From positions 682,001-746,000 of the forward strand of contig OZ237736.1 in NCBI GenBank assembly GCA_965178125.1: a stretch of 64,000 bases of DNA. Reading direction: 5' to 3'. Both the position numbers and the translations under genes were made by a program. The notes beneath the pieces were generated by a model. It made no database searches and was not told the DNA's origin. It was given only the letters and a program-made list of their open reading frames with translations. Source of the DNA: Bilabrum cf. latius. Its lineage: Eukaryota. This document shows positions 46,985-60,600 of the stretch, piece after piece. Within the stretch, counting starts at the first letter, position 1; each line of letters begins with the position of its first letter.

Positions 46985-48859
46985 TCAATTTGGTGTCTGC
47001 ACATGCACCTACGTTCTGGCAACCATGCCAGCGCGCCCCCCATCAGTTGCAGTGCCTTGTGCACCGGGTGCCACGCCATGCCGCTCTTCCTCGCTGCCCG
47101 CACCAGCACCGCGTGGCCTAGGTCGCTTGCTCCCTATCGGGAGTCTGGACATGCTCACACCAAAGGTTTGTGTGCCCCTCATGTCGATAGATCTGGTGCT
47201 ATCCTGCGGCAGCAACGCCGGCTGGGTGGCAGCCGTCGGCGGCAACGAGCCCGCACCGGCAGAGGGTTGGATGGCGTGCGGTGCGCCAGCTAGAGAGGGA
47301 GTTTGGACGGATGATGCACTAGGCTGCACTGGCGCCGTCGCGCGAGTGCGCCCACTTTGGCTGCTTTGGCCGCTTTCGAAGAGCATTGTAAGCGATTCCA
47401 CCGCAAGCGATTCGGCGGACGAGGCCGAGGAGGCGCTCCCACCCCCTTCACTCTTTGAGTCACTGTTGTCCCGCGCACGGCCTGCGCCGACAAACTGACT
47501 GTCTACTGCCCTGTGCCTGTTCACGTGCTCGTCCAATCGGGAATATCCGCCCGACAGAGAAGCACTCGAGCTGCCGACATGGCTGGCCCCAGACCCGAAG
47601 CTAGTGACGGGAGAGTGGGGTCGCTGCCGAAGCTCATCCAGAATGTGGGTGTTGCTGTACGAGCTGCCCCTGGAATCCACTCGCACGCCATCGCTACCAA
47701 GCACCGCGCTGGGAAGGTCCCCCTGGCTGTCAATCTCCGCCCCGATCCCGGAATCCAAGTCTTTGGCCCGCTCGAGTCGGGTGCCCTCTGTCTGCTCCTG
47801 GAACGAGTCTCCTTGTCGCGGGTATCCGGGAGCCAGTAGGGTCTAGGTGCTCCCACCGAAAGTCGCCCTGGGTACGTTGCCCAGGTACGGCTGCTGCGTC
47901 ATGGTGTCGCTCCCTGGGAGGGCGGTGCCCGGAGGACCCATCACAGCAGCTCCTACGCCATTCTCGTGCTGCTCAAACGCAACGTTTTGAAGATTCCTTG
48001 CCGCCTCTGGGATCAAATTGCGGGAGCTGGAAGACTAGCGCGGATGCATCATTGATGGAACCCCTGTGGCCTGCGAAGACGACGGGGTAGCAACTATCGG
48101 TGCTTCACCAGAATCAGCAGAGTGGGTCCGGTGCATTGGTCTGCCTGGCGGGATTGAGAAGCCCCTGCCCATCTGCTGGCTACCGGCCGACGTGTCTCTA
48201 GCCATTGGAACGTCCGCACCCACCCCGATCGACCCAACTAGCGGGACCATGGCTCTGCCATGCGGCCCCATCCCCATGCTGGAGTCTGCTATCATGCCCC
48301 CCAACAAATGGCGACTGGACGGTGTCGAGAGCCGGCTATGCCTCAGGAAAGCAGCGGCGTTGGTCCCCATGCCATGCCCAGCGGGTTGAAAGCCACTGCC
48401 ACTGCCGCTACTGATGCTACTGCTGCTGCTGCTAGAGCTGCGAGGAGGAAATGAGGCCGGGGCGGGAGGTACCGGGTAGCCCTGGCCCAAGTCCAGCGGC
48501 CCGCCCTGCACATACGAAGCGAACGGTGCCGTCGCGTGCACTGCACCAGCCACACCCCGCTGCATCTTGCGAAGGATGCTTGACGAGTCCTAGACAGAAG
48601 TGGAGACCTGCGAGCTTTCGCTCTCCCCGCCCTCGTCGCTCTGGCTGTCGTGCGAGTAGGGGGAATGCCGCGGCCTGCGGGAAGATGGAGCACGCTGCCT
48701 GCCAGACATTCTGCCGTGCGTTCCGTTGGTGGCACTCCCTTGCTCCGATTTGATCTTTTTCGGTCTGCCTACGCGCCGCTTGCCTGTCTTGCCAGGCGGT
48801 CTTCCGAGCTTCTTTGCGGCAGGCTCCCTGTGGGACACAGGGCCTTTGCCCCCCTTACC

Positions 48860-48902
<43 letters not shown>

Positions 48903-49663
48903 CCGCCATCGATGCCCTTGCCGACGTTGCTACTGCCACCCCCTCCGGCGACCTTGGTCTTTTGGTGCGCCCTGGGCGTCTCTCCCCGGCGCACCATCCT
49001 CCTGTCTTCCAGCCTAGCCCTCGCATAGGGCAGGTAGCCGTCCGCCGGGGCGGTCTGCAGCTCCCTCGGCATATTTTCGAGCACACCGGCAATGACCGCT
49101 TCGCCCATCCATTTTGTGAACCTGCGAGGCGGAGCGATTCGCTGGGGAGAGAAATGGATGGTGTATTTCAGGCATTGGTCTCTTGAGCAGCTTGGCAGCT
49201 GGCTTGCTCACTGGTTCTTGGACGTTCCGAGCTTGCCCTCAATCTTCTTGGACTCCTCCGGGAACCACTTCCCACCGCCGCACTTCGAGCGGTTCAACGC
49301 TTTCTACCGAGAAGCGAGCAAATACCGCAAGTCAGTTTCATCGTCTGTCGCGGCTTGTGCGGCGGCTTCGGGCGGTGCTATAGCGCCACGCTCCTGCTTG
49401 AGCTCCACTGCAAGGTGAGCAATGGCCCGGACATGGTTGACGTAATCAACCCCTTTCATCCCACGAATCTTCGTGCGGTCCTCTGCGCTAAGAGTTTCCA
49501 GAATTCCTTCTGGGCCTCTCTAATTAATCTCCTGCAGCCACATATCGACCTGCTGAAGGTGGTCCATAGTCACGTCGTGGGCATCGTGAGCGATCTCTCC
49601 TGCTGCCGGTTCTGCACTCGATGCGCGTCTCTAGCTTGCATTCGGTCGTAAACCGCTCGCCAT
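46985..49663 (-). CDS. Host tandem-family protein, paralogue C (intron ~49122-49210)
   Basis: VDMWLQEI..KGVDYVNHVRAIAHLA..GGKWFPE..KNQ|FTKWMGEAVIAGVLENMPRELQTAPADGY; fragments 47009, 48035, 48590 are co-frame via TAG. 3' end uncertain. Confidence 0.65.
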
Positions 49664-50163
49664 TATATCGCTTGCTTCCATAGTAGTACGTCTGCGAAGT
49701 ACCATCGATACGAGCGAACTATTTCATGGAAAGGATGCGCCGGTGCAGCAATGTAATGTCCAGCGAGCAATGGGCTCATGGTGCCGATCAGATTGGCCTT
49801 CAATGTATGAAATGATTGGTGCAGCACCAGCTTTCAATACTTTGCCACTGCTGGGGTACGCGATGGAATGGTCCCGGTCGTGGCAAAACTGCTAGCTTGT
49901 TTGCGGCTACACGGGTACTGAACGGGGCAAATATACGTCTCCTGGCCACACGACTTACAAATTCAATCGATGATTTGTTTATAGATGACCAAAACCGCGC
50001 AAGCAGCCAGGTTTTCGACGGCCGACGTTCCGTTTGCACCGCCCGAAAATCGAATTACAACTAGATAAGCCCACGTTACAAAGCAGACAAGCGCCGATCG
50101 ATCGACGATTGCACGCCGACCCCCTTGCATCTCAGCTCCAGCAAACATGAGACCAAAGCGCAT

Positions 50164-52515
50164 TCAATTGGCTGATACCTTGCGCACCTTAATGGGCGGC
50201 ATGCCGATGCTTGACTCGAGCGCAGCGGCTGCACAGGGCGGTCTGAACCTGCCTGCCGCGCCTCTTGCACGGCTGGTACCCCCTTCTTTGCCCATCATCG
50301 ACACCGATGAGTATGGCTGAGGCTGCTCGTACGTCTTTGCGTAGCTGTTCATCGTGCTTCGGGACCGCTTCATGCCTAGTCCGGCGCCTGCATGTGCACC
50401 CACACGCCGCTCAAGCCCATCGACACGCACGACACTGGGCCCAACGCTGCCTCTATGCCGCTCCTAAATTCCTGTAGCTGTGGCGGGCTTGTTTTTCCTT
50501 GGGCTTCCTGCCTGCATGCGATCGAAGTCGCCGAGGGAGGAGGAGGCCAGACCCGCGCTCCGAGGAGTCTCCGTGCTGCTCCCTCTGCCGGTGGCGATGC
50601 CCAGCCAGTGATGCCCGCTCGACCTGGTGTGCGAGGCAAGGCTGGTCTGGTCTGTGGCCACCAAAGAGGACACGGGTGGATACTGGCGCATCAAATCGGC
50701 TGGGCGAGGCGCCATGGTGACAGCCACCGCGGTCTGCTTGGAGGCCTCTGGCGACAGGTCTGTACTGCACGCACAACTCATGAGGCTATGCTGCCGTGAC
50801 GACGAAGACAAGCCATGCTGAGGCATAGGGCTGGAAGCCACGCGCTTAATCTCATGGCAGGGGCCGAGTCCGACAGAGAGCGTGCGTCCTAGCGGGTGAT
50901 CGAACCTCGGCCGCTTCGGAGCAAGAGCCTCGCGCTCGCCCACCACGGCACCATCTTTTGTCACCTCGCTGTCGATAGTTTTCATGTGCTAGGCATGGTC
51001 AGCCACCGTGTTTTGGCTATCCAAGCGCCTGCCTACCCTGCCAGTGCCTTCTTCCTCATCCTCCTCGTCTGAATTGTTGTCGTCCATGACCACTTGGACG
51101 CTTGGTAGCGCCTCACTGCTGCGTGGTCCCAACCATAGCTGCTCGCTCAAGCGTTTCGATGAGTCCTACCCGCTAGTGGATTGGCCGTCAGGTCTCTGCA
51201 GACTCCCTCGCTTCACGTCAGCTTGAACGACCCCTGCTAAGCGTGTGGCAGCAGTTGCGCCAGCAATGTCTGCCTTACGCTCCACATTACCGTCTGAGCC
51301 ATGCAAATTTTTGCCTGGCTCGGCACCGAAATGCTGCAACATCGCTTGCAGCATGCCTGCTCGTGATTGTCCATGGCGGGTGAATGGGCTAAAGCCCGTG
51401 CTTCGTGTGCATTTCGCAAGCTGCTCCCCACTCCTCGGGATACAATCACCACCGGTGCTAGCCCAGTACTGCACCATTGCTGTGCCGTGCACCGCGGTAG
51501 AGCTGAGTTGCGAGACTCCACCCGAGCGTGCACTGTATCTAGTTGCTTGCTCTCCCCAGCCGGACTACATCTTTGCCAGCGCCTCGATTGCGTCTGCTTC
51601 TGCCATTGAGTCCGCCTTCAGATCCTTACAGCTGTTAGTGCTGATACAAGCAGGTACAAGTGATTGGAGGCACACTGCTGGTTGATTTCCAGGCACTGAG
51701 CATAGCCCGTGCTACCCATCGCGACCGGCAGGAGGTCGGTCTGGGGGTTGGTCGCTTCCCTGCCTAGTGAAGGAGCTGCTAGTTTGTAGAATCTACGAAT
51801 CGCCGTTACTCACTGTAGACCGGGCATGCGCTTGGCAACCGCTGCTGGTCTCGGACGACTTCTGAGATTTGGACACCTCACTCGAATCTGGATTGCCCAC
51901 CTCCGTTGAATCTGCAGTCTGTCCGTTGCCCAAGCCCCTGGCACCTATCTGATCGCGGGACTTGTGGCCCTTTTCAAGACATTTTCGAGCGAACTCCATA
52001 TATTCTGAAGGGGGGGTGCAACGCAGAACCTCGGGCAGGTCTTCTCGTACACCTGCTACAATGGCAAAGTTCATGTACTTCGTGAAGGTGTTCTTTCTGG
52101 CACCGTGCAGCGAATCCGGAGGAACTAGACATTTCTCGATTGTCTTCGCTACATCTGGAAACCAAGGCTTGCTACCATTCTTGGAGCGGTTCACAGCCTT
52201 CGACCTCGCTGCAAGCAGCGCGCGAATTCTGATGTCGTCGCGAAGCTTCGAATCTGGATCGGACGCTTCGTCGCGCTTGGCACGAAGCTCAATTGAGAGC
52301 TATGATATTGCTCTGATGTGATCAATATAGTCTTGGCCCTTGCTAGACGATCTCTTCGGCCCGTGGTTGATACCGAGCGGCTCGAGAATTCCCACAGGGC
52401 TGAGCTCTACTATTTTCACCAGCCACTGCTGCAGAAAAGCCTAGATCTCGCCCTTAGAGCCCCCTCTAGCATCTTGGTTATCTTGAGTTACACTCTACCG
52501 TAGTACTTGAGGCAT
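50164..52515 (-). CDS. Host tandem-family protein, paralogue D
   Basis: FLQQWLVKI..KGQDYIDHIRAIS..SKPWFPD..NTFTKYMNFAIVAGVREDLPEVL..PPSEY; single frame via TAG; ends TGA. Confidence 0.7.
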
Positions 52516-52727
52516 CGTTTGTCCCGCTTGGGTGCAACAGTGTATTGTGTGGGTGGCAGAAAAAAAGATGGCAAAACACAGCCGACCCGGATTCCGGATT
52601 CCAGACCATCGGTCCCCTATACGGAATCTTTGAGCCAGAGAGATAACGGCCACCACTAGACCACACCTTTCAATGTATGCTTGCCTTCTTCATATCGGCC
52701 ACGGCGCATCTGATCCAAGTCGCTGTC

Positions 52728-53807
52728 TCAACAAACCCGGCGCTTCTTCCCCGCACCAGCTTCGTGGCCTGCAACACTAGCAATGCGCTCTGGGTTTATG
52801 CCACGGTCCAAGCTACACGGTGATACAGGCCGTTTTGACCCCAAGCGCTCACTGCTAGTGCTGGCACCAGCATCGCCCGCCTCACCTGAAGCCCCCACAC
52901 TGCCAGAGCTGGCACCAGCATCGCCCGCCTCACCTGAAGCCCCCACACTGCCAGAGCTGGCACCACCAGCTAGCATACTTCTGCTACTCGATCCCAACCC
53001 TGCGACCAATGGAGTAACTGGCAGCCCTGGCAACGATCTACAAGACTCGCTGAGGGATACGTCACAAATGTCATGCCCCTCCCCGCGATCCTCCCGACTC
53101 CAGTAGCTTCTCGTCGTCAGCCCAGACGCACCTGAAGCACCTGAACCGCTCGATCCGTTTGAACCGCTAGATTCCGATCGATGCATCGGGTCGTGCATTT
53201 GGATCTGCATGTCACCAGTATTATCATGTCTTTGCTGGTCAAGCTCACTAAACCCGTCGGAGGTTTCAAGTTGCCCGCGTGACGAGGACGAATCCTCACT
53301 GGCAGCAGCCTCTCCTTGTCCTTCACGGTGCCTTTGAAGGTATTCGTCTGGAGGAGCCTACTGCAGAATATCAGGCATATTCTCTAGTACGCCTGCAACT
53401 ACGACTTCATTCAGGTACTTCGTGTACACATTCTTCGCCTTGCCCTGCGAGAAACTTGGCAGCCGAACTGTGTCCAGTAGCTGGGAACAAATCTCCTGGA
53501 ACCAAGTTCGCCTTCCTGCCGTTGATCGATTGACGGATTTAGACAGTTGTGCCAGAAGCTCCCTAAGCTCCTCAGTTCTTTCCTGCTTGCCAGTGGCTGC
53601 TTTTCGTGTCGATGCAGCAAGGTGGGCAATCGCTCGAAGCCTGTTGATGTAATGAAGACCTTTGCTGCCTCTCCACCTCTTCCCTCCTTTGACTGGAGAA
53701 TCTAGTCTACCTACTGGAGCATCATTCTGGATCCGCTCCAGCCATGCACTCAAGTAGTCGTTGATATCTTGGTGCCTCTGGGATTCGCTCGGTTCCGGCT
53801 TGCTCAT
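52728..53807 (-). CDS. Host tandem-family protein, paralogue E (short)
   Basis: YLSAWLERI..KGLHYINRLRAIAHLA..TWFQEIC..YTKYLNEVVVAGVLENMPDIL; joins ORF 52728 via TAG. Confidence 0.7.
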
Positions 53808-54148
53808 TGCGCTCGCAGGAACTTTCTCCTTAGGACTGCCTGCAGTGGAAGATTTGGATTGTCCAGCAGGGCATATACACATAGATGGAAATGTTGCAGC
53901 CCGATCGTCTCGTCTTGAGGCGAAGTTCGTATACCAAAACCAGGTTGAAGATCACACGAATTGAATGTGCAATTGCCTGGGCCTTTAGGCCTAGTTCTGC
54001 TTTGTTCTATCTGTCAAGCACTTTCTTGGCAATCTTCTAAGATCTTCTTACCTGAAAGCTTGGCATTGCAGATCTATCGGATGGATTCCATCCGCTCCGC
54101 TTATTCTAAAAGTAACGCGCAGTTTTTGTACGTGGGCGGCCACGGGTT

Positions 54149-57100
54149 TCAAACTTCGACCCTGCGCCTCTTTTCCGGACTTGCTCCATGGGCTTCAACA
54201 CTAGCCTCTCGATCTAGTTCTTTGCCACCGCCGGAGCCGTGCGGTGATGCAGGCCGCTTTGAGCCCAAGCGCGCACTGCCAGTGCTGGCACCATCATCGC
54301 CCGCCACACCAGAAGCACCCGCACTGCCAGTGCTGGCACCATCATCGCCCGCCACACCAGAAGCACCCGCACTGCCAGAGCTGGCACCATCATCGCCCGC
54401 CACACCAGAAGCGCCCGCACTGCCAGAGCTGGCACCATCATCGCCCGCCACACCAGAAGCGCCCGCACTGCCAGAGCTGGCACCATCATCGCCCGCCACA
54501 CCAGAAGCACCCGCACTGCCAGAGCTGGCACCATCATCGCCCGCCACACCAGAAGCACCCGCACTGCCAGAGCTGGCACCATCATCGCCCGCCACACCAG
54601 AAGCACCCGCACTGCCAGAGCTGGCACCATCATCGCCCGCCACACCAGAAGCGCCCGCACTGCCAGAGCTGGCACCATCATCGCCCGCCACACCAGAAGC
54701 ACCCGCACTGCCAGAGCTGGCACCATCATCGCCCGCCACACCAGAAGCACCCGCACTGCCAGAGCTGGCACCATCATCGCCCGCCACACCAGAAGCACCC
54801 GCACTACCAGAGCTGGTTCTATCTCGTGCTGGTCGGGTGGCGGCAGGTGGCTGTCCACAGCGCGAGCCAGACCCATGCGATTCCAGCTCCAAAGCTCGTG
54901 CGGACGGTACAGATTGTATGGTCCGCGACGAGTCCCATGAGCCAGGCGGAAACTGAGGATGCTGACTCTGCCCGGACATTGTGTTCTTGCCGACGATATC
55001 AAGCGGATTATCGGCAAGACTGCACCCCGAGACTCCGCTCCCACTGGATTCATGTGACTCGCTAGATGAAGACCGGCCCATCTGTTCATGTACGATCCCT
55101 GTGTCTCCTGTAGACCCGTCCAACGCGTGAGTAGGTCGAACTGCATCATCCACCTCAGTGATGCTGTTTGTACCTGCTGCGTGGCCTCGAGTCTGGTACT
55201 ATGCCACAGGGCGCTCACTCACCCCGCCGTGGTCGCTGCCACTTCTGCTGCCGTTGCCGGCATGACCAACTGCCACACCGTGCCCTGGCCTGTGTGACTC
55301 GCTCGAATCCGCTCGATCAATCGAGCGTGCCGTTCCAGAACTCGATCGCTGGATCTGAGTATCGCCATGGTTGCCTCGGCCTGGCGACTGTTCCTCACTG
55401 AGTCCGTCGGAATCCTGTTCGTGCGTAACATTTGAGCTAACAGGCACAGTTGCAATAAGTTGGGTCGATGATTGAGACTAGAGTCCAGCAAGCTCGGGGA
55501 GTGGGGAAGGCTGACTGCCTCTACGGTACTGCTGTCTCGCTACATCCTGGCGCAACAGTGTGTTGTACTCCAGGCTCGGTCCAGTGTAGGCACTGGTGCC
55601 TCGCGTGCTAGGAGCTGTATGGGCCGCGTCTGTACTTCTACCGAGTCCTCGTCCCTGGGCGGCCAACACTTCTACTGCAACCGCAGTGCCGGTGCTTGGA
55701 ACCATAGATTCATCGCGGGGTGCGCCTCGTGTTGCACTGTCGTCATCAGCGCTACCATGGCTCTAGCCACTTCTCACGCTGTACTGGTCATTATCGAAAG
55801 CTGAGGGGGAGCGATCCGCGCTGGCCTCGCCGTATGCACTGCTTGCCTGATCTATGCTTGCAGGTGTGCGTGTTACGACGTTCCAATGACCGCTGCTATC
55901 CAATGCAGTGGGCAGTTCCATGCTGCTCGAGGCTGATGCAGCCCCAGTCTTGATTGAAGGGCTACGTTGACCACCGCGTGCGCCGACCGCATGCGAACCA
56001 GCATATCTGCTCGGGTCTGGCAGGACGCCTGGGGTAGCTGACCCACTGCCGCCAGATACAAGAGCTTCACCCCCATGACCGCGTGAATTCTGTCCATACG
56101 CAAGAACACCAAGGCAAGTGGAGGTGCTGCGACTCGCTGTGCTGCTCGCAGCTGCAAATTGCCCGGAACGCTGATGCATTGAACCTATAAGCGGCACATG
56201 GCCCATGTTGGGAACAAGCAAAGAATCGCCCCTGCTGCCGTCACTGATAGTGTCGCTGTCTCTCAAGTTGCCATGCTGGATGCCGGAGTTGCGTGATCGT
56301 ACGGCTGCTCCATGCGCTGTTGGGGCAGCTGGGCGAGAGCCATAGGACCTGGCGACTACAAGTAGTACCGCACTCGATTGCGATCCCGCTGCCGGCTGGC
56401 GATGCACAGGAGACAAAGATCCCTCGCCAGTCTGCATCTAAGCCTCGGACTACACAATGGAATTTTGGGCGGCAGGACCTTTGGTCGCGCTCGTGTGCGA
56501 CTCAGGGCGTTGCCGTTCCGGCTCGGTAGAGCGTGCCCTTCCCGCCCCCCCTTTTGCTGGTATGGGCTTCGGACCGTGCTGTCGATGCCGACGAGTGGTC
56601 TTTGATGCACCAGAGGCGGACTCAATGGCCCCAGAAGAGGCGCTCTCTGCACCGGAAAGCAAGCTTGCTGCCCAATCATCCTCCGGCTGCTATCCGCCTC
56701 CTGCATCTCCACGTTGCTTGTGCAGTTCTTCAAGGCACCCTCGTGCGTATTCGTCAGGGGGGCGACGGTGTAGAATGACTGGCATGTTTTGTAGTTCACC
56801 TGCAAGCACCACTTCGTTCAAGTATGTCGTGTACGAATTCTTTGCTGCTCCCTGCGAGAAGCTGGGTGGCCGAATCGACTTCACCAGTCGAGCACATACC
56901 TCTTGGAACCAAGTTTGCCTGCCCACCTTTGATCTATTTACGGATTTCGATAGTTTTGCCAGGAGCGCCTTTAGCTCCGTAATTCTTCTTTGCTTATTGG
57001 ATTCATTGCAGCCTCCTCGCGTGGATGCAGCCAGGTGGGCAATCGCTCGAAGCCTGTTGATGTAGTGGAGACCTTTAGTGCCCGTTGGCCTCTTCCCTCC

Positions 57101-57220
57101 TTTGACTGGCGGGTGTAATATACCTTCTGAAGCATCTATGCGGATTTCCTCCAACCACGCACTCAAGAAGTGGTTGATTTCCACTTGCCTGTTTGATGCA
57201 CCCTGTTCTGGTGTGCTCAT
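54149..57220 (-). CDS. Host tandem-family protein, paralogue F (~1023 aa, with 16-aa repeats)
   Basis: N-terminal domain very close to paralogue E; fragments 54149, 55199, 55478, 55763, 56450, 56690 are co-frame. Confidence 0.7.
54273..54816. repeat. 48-bp coding minisatellite, about 11.3 copies
   Basis: Unit GCACTGCCAGAGCTGGCACCATCATCGCCCGCCACACCAGAAGCACCC; encodes SSGSAGASGVAGDDGA on the minus strand. Confidence 0.95.
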
Positions 57221-57611
57221 TGCGGGGAAGAACAATGCTCCTGAGAACTATCTGCGGTAGCAAGATAAGGGTTTTAGTTCTGATTGACATTATGGGTGGA
57301 AGGGTTGTTGCCGAGCGGCCCAAACTCGAGATAGATCGGGTGGCAATTCTGTGCGTTCAGTCGGGCTTATTCACCAAGAGGACCGCCAGCAATCAGGTCA
57401 TTAATCGCCGTAATACAAACCTCACGCGCTATCAGTGAATAATCAAATACTAGTGGAAATTATAAGAGCGTCAAGTGTAGGTTCACTTCCTCCCAAAAGT
57501 AGCTACGATCTCGATCTACGAACGAACGAACGAACGAATCTTGATTTATATCTACAACGCGCACGAACCAACTCGGGGCGCCGCGCGACGGAACCAGAAT
57601 CCATTTGTTCG

Positions 57612-60600
57612 TCATTCACCTTGCGCTAGAGACTCCCACAGTTCGTCCGTCGTTTCCTTCAGCACCTTGGCATGGTAGGCCGCCTAGATGGCGCTCATCT
57701 TGGCCGAATCAGAGAGCCTCTGCAGCGGGTTCGATGGCCGCCCACCAGAACCAGAATCACCACTGGCAGTGCCTGCACCGGGAGAGCCCCCACTGGCAGC
57801 AGGCTCGTCCAAATCGTTCTGTACCGCAATCTCCGAAAGAACGCCGCGAAAAGCGTCAGGAGCCGCGTCCCTTGCGCACGCGTTCAGCGCCCGCCGGAGT
57901 GCAAGCGCTACACTCCTGCGATGCTAAAGCAGAGCAGGCGGCGCCCCGTCCACTCGCAGGCCCACGGTCCTGTGCTTGCATTCCTCTTCCAGGTCCGCAT
58001 CCAGCAGACCCGTGATAGTGCTCTCGATGCTCTCGCGCAGCTCTGATGGCACGGTCCTGCCGATGCCATCCTCCTCTTCACCCCCCTCACCCCCCCGGTC
58101 CTGCTCTGGTTTTCGAGCAAACCCTCCACCTGCTCCTTTGAGCGTAACCGCCGCCGTACCATCCAGGCTGTTAGTAGCTGCAATCGGCAATTTGGGCCCT
58201 CGATCGGACCCAGGAGGCTACTTCGCGGCATCGCGCGTTGCACCACCATGCGGTGCACCCACCCGACCTTCCCGGGCAGCATCGACATCGCCGGGCGATG
58301 TCGGCATGTCTACCGTGGAACTGCTTGGGGCGGGCCCATTGATTGAAACTCGCTACATCCCTGTGTCATCATCTGACCACTCGTCGTCATAGCTGTCAGA
58401 CTCGCTGAGATCCTTGCCTGCACGACTGGAAATGAGGGCATCGCTGTGGCTCGTCCCTGGATGTTTGGCCGCACCATCGACTGACGGTCTGTGCTTCGGG
58501 TCATCAGCACCTAGCCCTTTGCCAGTGGTGCGTGTCTATTTCCCAACTAGTCTTTGCACCATGGCACGCCCTGCATCGATGGTGGTGGAGGCCGAGCTGC
58601 TCACTGTCGACGGGTCGACAGAAGTGGCGCTGCCGTGTGTGCCAGCCAAATTGCTCTTCCCTGGGTCAACGCTTGCCGTACTCGGGAAATTGACAGCATC
58701 TGACGGCGCTGCACCCACATACCCGCCGGAGAACACCGCAGGCTAGAAGCCAGCCGCGCCTCGGCGCGCGGATGGGCTTTGTATGGGAGACGGCGTGCGC
58801 GCGAAGGCCTCCTCGTCCAAGTCTGTGCCACCCCCATCGTCATCGCTACCACGCTGTCGTGTGTGAGACCTACCACCATCCCCGATGCCTACACGCTGCC
58901 ACGTGCCAACCGCGCCATCCTCGCTATCGCTAGTGACGCTGGCTGCACTGGCCTGCTGCCGCGGCTAGCTGCCACCGCTGCGCCTGCCCGCCAGATGCTC
59001 TGGTATTGGGGGTGGCTCCTGGGTACCAAGTGACGGAGGCTCCAGCTGCTTGCCAGATGGCTCCCTGCTGGCAGCCTTGCTGTCGGAGCGCTCACCTTCT
59101 GCAGACAGAGACATGGGGGTTAGCCGGCCGGGAGGTGACATGGATCCAGACCCTCGTCTACGGCGGAGCTAGATCTCGGCAGAACGACGAGTTCTGCCTG
59201 CCCTGCCTCCATGCCTTTCAGCGCGTGGTGCAGTATCTCCAGCTGGTGATGACCCAATGGCGTGCTTAGAATCAAGTCGTGACCCGCGACCACGCACTTG
59301 ACGCCTGCCTTCGCGGCTGCGAGTTGACTGATCGTCGGGTGAGAAGCCAGTGCTGCCGCGGCTCCTGTTGGAACTGTGTCCGGTGCTGAGTCCTGATGAC
59401 TCGAGCGCCATGGTATCGCTTGCCTCCGCTCTGGCGGCCTTGCGCACCGACTGGGGCCTTGGGTGCCTGTATGGGTCGCGACCAGCAAATGGAGAGGGCG
59501 GCCCCTCCTCGTCATCGTAGCCTGTTTGGGCTGCTACAGCCAACCCACCAAGCGGCTGTAGCTACGCAGCGGACTGTGACTGCCCGATTCCGCCTGCTCT
59601 ACGCTTGACACCCTTGGCTGCACCGTGAAGGCTCGTCGCGCTCAATCGATGTTGCTGCCTCGACGGGCTGCCCGACGATCTTCGCTGGGGGCTGCCGTGC
59701 TGCATATAGCCCGACGAACCAATGCCACGCCTCCCTCCAAGTGTTCCCATCGGCACGCCTCGTTGATTCAACGGGCCGCGGCCCAGGTCACTGTCGGTGC
59801 TTTTGCCGCTGCGATGCCGTACGGGTATACCGCTCCGAGTACGGGAGCGAGTGGAAGCGGCGGCAGTGGCCGCCCGCCTGTTCGGCTGCTGCACAGTCAT
59901 CTCATCCATGTCTTCCTGGGTGACAGCAAGCGTCCCCAACAAATGCGAGTGGCTGTGCCTGACGGTGATCGTGTCAGGACCGGTGCGAGAACGACCGTGG
60001 CTGGTCTTGGGCACGGTGGGACTCCTCCCTCCACGCACTGGAGCCAGGCCACCCTATCCTGGAGACAATCCCGACCGGATAGATGAGGATATGGACTCTA
60101 TCGAATCGCGTTGCCGGTGTTGTGCGGCCTGCGGCGAAGACTGCCCGCGTGCTTGTGCACCAAAGCCTCCTGACGCGCGGTCATGTTCTGGCGAAGGCTC
60201 GAACCATGCGCCCTGCGTTGGCACCACCTTCTTTTCACTTCTTCGCTTGCCCCTGCTGCTGCCATTAGAGCGCCCCGGTCGAAACCAGAACGAGTCTTGA
60301 CCGTCGGTGGCACCACTGGCGCGGCCACTCGACGACATACCTCCGTCCGGCGACGACTCGCTCGGCAAGGTCGGGCTACCGAAAGGGTCGGACTCTCGCA
60401 TCTAGGCGCCATAGCCATGAGGCCTCTCGCCCTGCAGGCCATCACCATCACCTCTCGATGCATGGGACCGAATTGTGGGAACTTCTTCGAGCGGTGGTAG
60501 CCTCCCACCACCGCCCGGCCCTTCGTACCCCGACAGGCTACCGCCGCGCATGCCCCCACTCCCGCCATCGTATTGCTGCGCGGCGCCGCCTCCACCCTCC

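Noticed and set aside
18300-46990. Insertion disrupting a host coding exon
   Set aside because: Joining the flanks at ACTCA leaves short open frames on the minus strand but no recognisable protein; unresolved without transcripts.
54273-54816. CRISPR array
   Set aside because: Head-to-tail 48-bp units without unique spacers, in frame within a coding sequence.
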